Shown here one piece after another: positions 56,452 to 64,000 of a stretch of DNA of 64,000 nucleotides. Location: positions 11,222,001 to 11,286,000 of the forward strand of contig OZ024750.1 in NCBI GenBank assembly GCA_964016885.1, written 5' to 3'. Position 1 is the first letter of the stretch, and every line of letters begins with the position of its first letter. Position numbers and translations under genes: made by a program. The notes beneath the pieces are model-generated. The model was not told where the DNA came from and did no database searches. It saw nothing but the letters and a program-made list of their open reading frames with translations. Source of the stretch: Eledone cirrhosa (taxonomy: Eukaryota).

Positions 56452-56934
56452 ATAACTGGGGAGGCTCATATTGTTTTAATATTGCCAGAAATAATAACAG
56501 AACACACTCACTGTTAGGTTGGTTTTCGCTTCTGTATCTTTCATATCTCCATAGTTAATTTATTAGGCAATCAATGTTTATCATTGATTGACCAGCGGTT
56601 GAAAATACAGATATAAATATATATACATATAGTCTATCAAAGTTCTTTCGTCGCACATCTACAACATCATCAGTGGTACTATTATGTTTCCTCCCATTGT
56701 ATTGTATTGTACTGTAATGTCTACGCCATTAAAACAAACCTTGCAAAACAAATATATATATATATATAAAAGATGAATATAAAATGAAAGTGCTTTTATA
56801 AAGGAATTTATCAGGTATTGACTTATGTTTCTGTAACAGACGGAATACCTATATATCGCTGCTTGCGTAATCATATAATATTAGCACGTAATCGATAACA
56901 AATGTATAAAATGTGTAAAGAGCCTATATATATA

Positions 56935-57050
56935 TAGGAAAAGAGTTAGGACCTCGACGGCTGAGCTCCGGCCTTTCGACAGGTAGATCCAAACTAGACC
57001 ATTAGTATTACGACGGCAGGGACCTAGCTGAACTTACCACACTTTCTTTG

Positions 57051-57120
<70 letters not shown>

Positions 57121-57280
57121 ATCAGGATAGAACCAGTTTAAATCTAGTTAGACCATTACTCAACAGAGTACTCGATACTCGGGATAGTAGAGTATGGCTA
57201 TATTATAAAGAGTTGTGACCCGACGGCTGACCTCTTGCCGTTTCAACAGCTAGTTCTAGACTGGAACTAGCTGTTGAATG
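56935..57280. mobile_element. Two degenerate PLE-A relics
   Basis: GACGGCTGA..CCGTTTC and GAGTACTCGATAC motifs. Confidence 0.6.
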
Positions 57281-58619
57281 GTAAGTATGTATGTGTGTGC
57301 GCGTGTGTGTGTATTTCTGTGTCTGTCTGTCTGTGTGTGTGTATTTGTGTGTGTGCGTATGTATGTGAGTATGTATGTATGTTAACTGTATGTCATGTCA
57401 TTGTATCAAAGGTGTGGCAATGCATGTGCAATTTTCTGCCTCTCTCCTATAAATCTTGGTTCCATACAGTTTTAAGCTTTTCTTGGTATAATTATAGATT
57501 GAGAATTAGTGAAATCACTTGAACACTCAAGTGCTTTGTATCTAATTTCATTCCTTCATGGTCTGATTTCACAATTACAAAATCAATAATTGTAAGAAAA
57601 GAGCTTTGACCAACATATCTGAAAGGCTTTCAAATGCATTATAACATTATCTAATCCTTTTATCAACTGGTATAGAATCCATCTAAACTCAATTATTATT
57701 CTGTTATGATGTCTTTAGAAGCAGTATATATATCTGTATAATAAATCTGCTTTATTGTATCCAAATAATAGTAAATAACTAATTGGTGCGGAGGAAATTT
57801 TGTCGATTGAATTTACCCATAAATATGCAGTTTCTTCATATATCAAATAAAAAGAAGTTGACAGTATGGAGACGAGTGTTGAAGGCAATGTCAGATGACA
57901 GAAGTTTAAAGAACCACAAACTCTATGGTATCTTGTTTGATGCTCTTGCGTAACGTATTACTCTCCTGAACAACATTTGTGCCACTAGATATATAAAGAG
58001 CGAGATTGTTAGAACAGAATTATACAAGATAAATTTGGCTTACGAAACCTATACCTGCTCGTGCTGAGAACATATCTTTTTTTTTTTTTTTTGAAATTCA
58101 GTTATGTAAATAAACAAAAATATTCGTATCAATAAAATAACTAGCTCATCGAATGCGAAACTCGAATCAATCTAACATCAAATCAACCGTTTTACAGAAA
58201 TAGATTCCTATCAAAATTATATGCGTGTAAATGTTTAAATCATTCTGGCGTATATAGAAACGTTATTTGGTCCCCCCCCCCACACACACACACAAAAAAA
58301 AAACTATATTTTTCTCCTTCATCAATATTATCTCCTCCTATTCCTCATACTAAAGGCAGTATATGTTGGCATTGATTTTTAATATAACACAAGTCATCCA
58401 AGCATTTGTGAATTGACACCTTTTAAGTTCTTTACAGCCTCACAGAACCCCCATCAACTTTCAATTCAATTCTAATGCCTGGAACATGCCAATCGCTAAA
58501 CAGTTCCGTTCGAGTTCTAAATACACCATTTAAGCAACATATAACTTTTCTTAGCCTCTTTTTATAGAGGGGGATAGATTGTCCCCGAGCTTTGAACATA
58601 CCTAACGATAAAAAAATTG

Positions 58620-58944
58620 ACATATTTACACATACATACGAGTACATACATACGTACAATCAAACATACGTATATACATGCATACATGCATACATATAGA
58701 TTCATACATACTTATATAAACACATACATATATTCATACATATATTCATACATACATACATTCATACAAACATACATACGTACATACTTATATAAATACA
58801 TACATATATTAATACATATATTCATTCGTACACACATACATACATACATTCATACAAACATACATACGTACATACTTATATAAATACATACATATATTCA
58901 TACATATATTCATACATACATACATACATACATACATACATACA
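58620..58944. repeat. Degenerate (TACA)n microsatellite
   Basis: Direct sequence. Confidence 0.92.
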
Positions 58945-59542
58945 TGGTGGCTGCCAACTCGTTTTCGAGTACGGCCACTACTTTATATCCATATAGGAGA
59001 ACCCCTACCGATGCGCTGAACGAGTGTGACTTTTTAATCCAGCCAGTGACTTGAAAACTCTGGTACAAACGCTACACTTGTGACAATTATTGACACATAG
59101 TGCTGGGCCCATGGCACCATGTGATGACAAGTGCAGAGAGATCTCCAGATATAAAGCAATGCCTGTGCCGTGAAGCTTTTATAGTGAGCAAAGGCACTGC
59201 ACAAAGCCAGTCCCACTCTCTTAACCAAGATGATATTTACCAAAAGGAAGAACAAGTCAACATCATTGGACACCATCAGAGTTGCAGGTGTTATATCAGA
59301 GTTTTCCTTCTCCTAGAATTCTGCCTTGACAAAGGCTAAGGGGTCATCTCTCCCGGTGATTTTGGATGGCCATTTACTCTTAAGAGCTCCTTTGCCCTTT
59401 GACAGGTTTTGTTTTTAGTCCTGCAGGATGTCCAAAGTCACCCTCCTCACCAAGAAACCTTGGTAGGGTTGCCAGTTTAGTCGCCAACGACCCGACCATG
59501 AGACAGGTTGTACTGGGATACATGTTACCAGTAGCACCAACT
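58945..59542 (-). mobile_element. Probable non-autonomous RTE-derived retroposon with (TGTA)n tail
   Basis: GC-richer island; minus-strand CTAGGAGAAGGAAAACTCTG recalled from RTE-type 5' regions; ends in (TGTA)n. Confidence 0.5.
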
Positions 59543-59767
59543 AGTATACATATACACATACATACAAATATTTTGTTTTGTTAAAATTGCCATAATATTG
59601 TTTGTCTTAGCTTTGTTACTTAGAAGAATCGTTTAGTTAAGCGATATATTCCGTTGCGTGCAAAGATTCCAGTATAAAATCCATTTCACTTTACTGACGT
59701 CATAATGGTAGGTTTCTAGGCGTGAGGGCTATAACATGTCATAGCATGTCAACTATAGGACACACTA

Positions 59768-60085
59768 GAAGAAGAAGAAGAAGAAGAAGAAGAAGAAGAA
59801 AAAGAAGAAGAAGAAGAAGAAGAAGAAGAAGAAGAAGAAGAAGAAGAAGAAGAAGGAGGAGGGGAAGGGGGGAGAAGGGGGAGAAGGGGGAGAAGGAGGA
59901 TGAAGAAGAAGAAGAAGAAGAAGAAGAAGAAGAAGAAGAAGAAGAAGAAGAAGAAGAAGAAGAAGAAGAAGAAGAAGAAGAAGAAGAAGAAGAAGAAGAA
60001 GAAGAAGAAGAAGAAGAAGAAGAAGAATGAGGAGGAGGAGAAGGAGGACGAGGAGGAGGAGAAGAAAAAAGAAAAAGAAGAAGAA
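59768..60085. repeat. (GAA)n/(GAG)n purine tract
   Basis: Direct sequence. Confidence 0.97.
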
Positions 60086-60767
60086 TTATATTTCAAATTT
60101 ATTTATCAAATAAAACAGAATGACGCAAGTATTTTCGGGGAAATTTTTAGAAAGTGTTGTCTGGTTCTTAAGTTATAAATTCTTAATTGATAATTGATAG
60201 ATCTACTCGGTATTTCATTCCAAATTTTAAAAGGTTTCACGTAGAAGGAAAAATGAAGAGAAGGATTACACAAAATTATTTCTTCTAAATAATTAGTCTT
60301 TTTTAAAAAAAAAACACCTACAAATATTTAAAACATAACAGAATACATTAACACACCAAAATTTAGATAACTTCAGTTTTTTATAAATCTAAATATAAGA
60401 GAACCTCTTCACACCGTATCTATTCTACATCAGTTTAAGTAGTTATTTAAAATACTTAAATATTTTCATTTACATATTTTTTTTAGTCGTTTACGATTTC
60501 GTCTAGATTCAACGAAAATTAGTAAACAGCATAGTTTTTTTTGTGGGCGGGGGGGGGGGGGGGAAATTCACAATTATAACTAAAATATTTCTCCTTTCAT
60601 CTGATATCGTATAGAATTTTGTTTTTATAAACTAGATAGGTCATAAAGTACGAAGCCGTATGTTTCTTTCAACGTTGTCCCACTCCCACCCCCATTTTTT
60701 TTCTGTCTCGAAATTTCGAATCCAAATTTTATTCACAGATAAACACTCATTATCTCATTTATATTCA

Positions 60768-60935
60768 GGGCGGTGGTATGGCAGTATCGGTAGAGGGTCG
60801 GACGCCATGCAGTTACGCGAAGTTCAAATCCCGCCGTAGTTAACTTTGCCTTTTATCCTTACGGGGTCGATAAAATAAAGTACCAGTAATGTACTGGGAT
60901 AATTGCTGGCCTTGTGCCAAAAGTAGAAACAATTA
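60768..60935 (+). mobile_element. SINE family 1 (internal deletion) with TSD ATTATCTCATTTATATTC
   Basis: Consensus match and flanking direct repeat. Confidence 0.9.
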
Positions 60936-60974
60936 TCTCATTTATATTCTAGATCTTCATCACTTGCTTTTTTT

Positions 60975-61390
60975 TCTTTAAAGTTCTTCGTTGCTACAGT
61001 GGAGTCTGTGCTGCTGTACGGGTCTGAGACTTAGACACTGACCAAGAAACTTACTTAGATGGTGGATGGGTGCTACACGAGAATGCTGAGGATGGCTCTG
61101 AACATTAATCAGTATACACTGAGGATGAAGAACTCAGAGCTGTACGGGAGCCTCCCAAACGTCAGCTCGAAAGTAGAACCGAGGAGACTGGGGTTAGTTG
61201 GACTCCAGATTTGACCCTGCACGGACACACTAAAAGAGGGAGACCGAAGTTGACATATGTTGATGCCCTAAGGACAGACATTGGTCTCTTGGAGACGCAG
61301 GACACGGCAGCGATGATGAGGGACAGAGACCTCTGGACAGAACTCGTCCATGGATCTCGGGAATTTTACCCGCCCTAGATAGATAGATAG
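60975..61390 (+). mobile_element. RTE-clade LINE 3' fragment with (TAGA)n tail
   Basis: FFVATVESVLLYGSET*TLTK..DGCYTRMLRMALNI..RRLGLVG..RGRPKLTYVD..M.DRDLW (across frameshifts). Confidence 0.88.
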
Positions 61391-61808
61391 AATTCTTCTC
61401 ATTCACTCGATTGACATGATCATTTTCCATGTAAAAACACACGGATAAATAACTTGACATACATACATCATAAGTCCATTTATTGAAATCTAGAACCCAA
61501 TTGATAACAAAACATTTATCTATCACAGAAAATTTCACGATAAATTTGTTACACTAAATATGACTGTCACTTCCTTGTCTCCCATCTCTCCCAATTTATA
61601 TTCTACATTGTTTCTTTACTATCTACAACCCCTTTCATCCCCTTCTTTATTCTTCTTTGTTAATGAATCTTTTTTGAAAGTCGAACATCGTAAAATTAGC
61701 TGAATATCTTCTAAAGAAGACTTCTTTTGTAATGCAGAGAACCCATTTCACATTTGCTTATTTTATTGCAACAACAACAGCAACAACAACAACAAAAACA
61801 AGAATACC

Positions 61809-61856
<48 letters not shown>

Positions 61857-62346
61857 CCCAACCTAATTGTAGAATCGATTTTAATCTCTATTTTGTGTCC
61901 ATGTCTTACTAATATATAAATGATAAAAAATAGTAAAGTTTTAATCACATACTTATTTCTATTTAATTTGATTTCATATATATAATATTGAATTTAAATT
62001 ATATATTGAAATTAGATGCCTTTATAATTCAAAACATCTGATTTCCATAAATAATTCAAATTCAATAGTACACTGATGAGATCAGCGTATGATTAAATTG
62101 CCTACATATATGATTGGAATTTTATTATCATTGTAACTATTCAATAAATACGATATAGATTAAAGATGAGTCTATGGTTTCATTTTAATTATTATTGCTA
62201 TGTAGTTATTTAAAATATTTAAATATTTTCTATCTTTGAGAAATACATGAGGAAAGAAGGTGGGAAGGAATTTGGAAATGCATGGTTCTGGGTGGGAACG
62301 ATTGTGCTTCAGGGTTAGTAGGGTACCTGGGAGGCTGGAACTATAA

Positions 62347-62523
62347 ATAATTGTTTCTACTTTTGGCACAAGGCCAGCAATTACCCAGTACATTACTGGT
62401 ACTTTATTTTATCGACCCCGTAAGGATGAAAGGCAAAGATAACCTCGGATGTGAACTCAGACCGGAAAATGACGTAACTATGCTGGAAAGCATGGCGTCC
62501 AACCCTCTACCGATACTACCAAT
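62347..62523 (-). mobile_element. SINE family 1
   Basis: Consensus match. Confidence 0.88.
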
Positions 62524-62692
62524 TGATTGAGAAAAGGAGAGACAAGAGAGTGGAGAACACGTGTGTAGATGTAGCAGGGGGTTAGCAATCTCCAAGGAGT
62601 AGAGAACATTGTAGCAACAGTATAAAGGGGGAAACGGGGAAAAGGGTGAAAGCAGCGATTCTTTGCTTAAACTTTAATCTGTTATTTTAATA

Positions 62693-62726
<34 letters not shown>

Positions 62727-63677
62727 AATGGAAGTTTAGTAAAATCGAAGTTTTGGTGGTGGCCAAGCTAACGATATACAATTAGGAATGTGCAGCAAAG
62801 CACTTGATAAGGTTGTGTCACGTTAGAGCAATAACATACGATAGCTAGCTTGACAAATTGAAAACTGCAACAGGTGAGCCCAGCCACATGAAACCAAAGC
62901 AACGAAAATAAGTCGATGCTTGTGTGCCTTTAGATATATTGTAGTGTGTTGATACGCAGGTATGCGTAGTAAGGTGTGTATGTGTATGTCTATATTTGCT
63001 TTTGTTATTTAAGTATTTTGATGTCGATAGAAACTCACATTTTTCATTAACATAACGGAAAAAAAAACACCTAATTCTGATTCTGCGCCACTCTTTCCTG
63101 TCTTATTTCTCGTATATATTGTACATTTTAAATGAATTTCTTGTCACTTTATCAACGAAAATTCTCACCAACGCAGAATAATAACAGAGAATAATCCTAA
63201 TACTATATCTGAGGAATTGCAACAATGTGAATATATAGTTGTGTATTACTAACAGAAAATATTTACACTCTTTCATTTCGTTCATTACTTTTCATTGTCT
63301 TATGAAATGGTTCATATAAATTCCTTTCTATAATCATAAAATATCCTAAAATAGAAACATTTCCCATAAAATATATTACTACGATATTGGCGAGACTTAA
63401 AGCTAGCCAGTCTACACATTATTTTCTCCTTTGCCAACACTTCTGTAGTAGAGTCTGCAGTGAAGCGTATCATACAATGATATAAATATACTTACAAAAA
63501 AGATATTTACATTATGCCAGCATTTCTTGGATTGAGGTATATCTACAGGCTTAGGAATTTCATTTTTCTGGCTACGAAGTTAAGAGTTCGATATCATAAC
63601 GACAGAAATTTGACAGAAATTTGGTGTACAGAAAGCTGTGGGTGGACGTGCATTATATATATATATATATATATATA

Positions 63678-63838
63678 TTATACTTGGGGAGGGTCATATT
63701 GTTATAATATTGTCAGAAATATTATAACAATGTTCTGTTATTATTTCTGGCAATATTATAACAATATGGCTCTCCTTAAGTATAACAATATTTGTTTCGA
63801 AACACGATTTCATATCAAAAACCTTGCAAAACAAATAT
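63678..63838. repeat. TA-flanked element with inverted arm (family of 16355 and 56445)
   Basis: 63678-63730 is approximately the reverse complement of 63735-63785. Confidence 0.7.
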
Positions 63839-64000
63839 ATATATATATATATATGGGGAGGTGGGGAAGGCAAAAGGAAAACCTGCATAATCGGGAAGAG
63901 AGCAGAGATATTATATTATTTATTTATGTTCTCTCAGTAAGTTGCCAGAGCACTAACTTGTGTGCCACTAACTTGTGTGTCATTGTGTTTGATGCAGGTG

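Noticed and set aside
62070-62105. CTGATGAGATC..GATT candidate hammerhead
   Set aside because: GAAA and stem I missing

Overview
AT-rich, microsatellite-saturated eukaryotic non-coding DNA (intronic or intergenic). The SINE content points to an octopod cephalopod; this is an inference from recalled repeat families. No host protein-coding exon can be supported, and nearly all long ORFs are microsatellite artefacts. The window holds about 30 copies or fragments of one tRNA-derived SINE and a second CORE-like SINE. It also holds fossils of RLE-type (R4/Dong-like, CRE-like), RTE and Tx1/L1-like LINEs, a mariner remnant, a hAT MITE and a non-autonomous Helitron. The most striking hidden signal is a set of type I hammerhead ribozyme (HHR) motifs (stem I-CTGANGA-stem II-GAAA-stem III-TH-stem I). 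Five have an intact core with all stems, and more than ten are variant, decayed or half motifs, spread over at least six unrelated small repeat families. They sit mostly in or beside (TA)n tracts, often as inverted duplications, and show compensatory stem changes between copies. One is linked to a GIY-YIG-like 'PDGLN' remnant. This fits Penelope-like element (PLE) pseudo-LTR or retrozyme relics. All coordinates were read by eye and are approximate.
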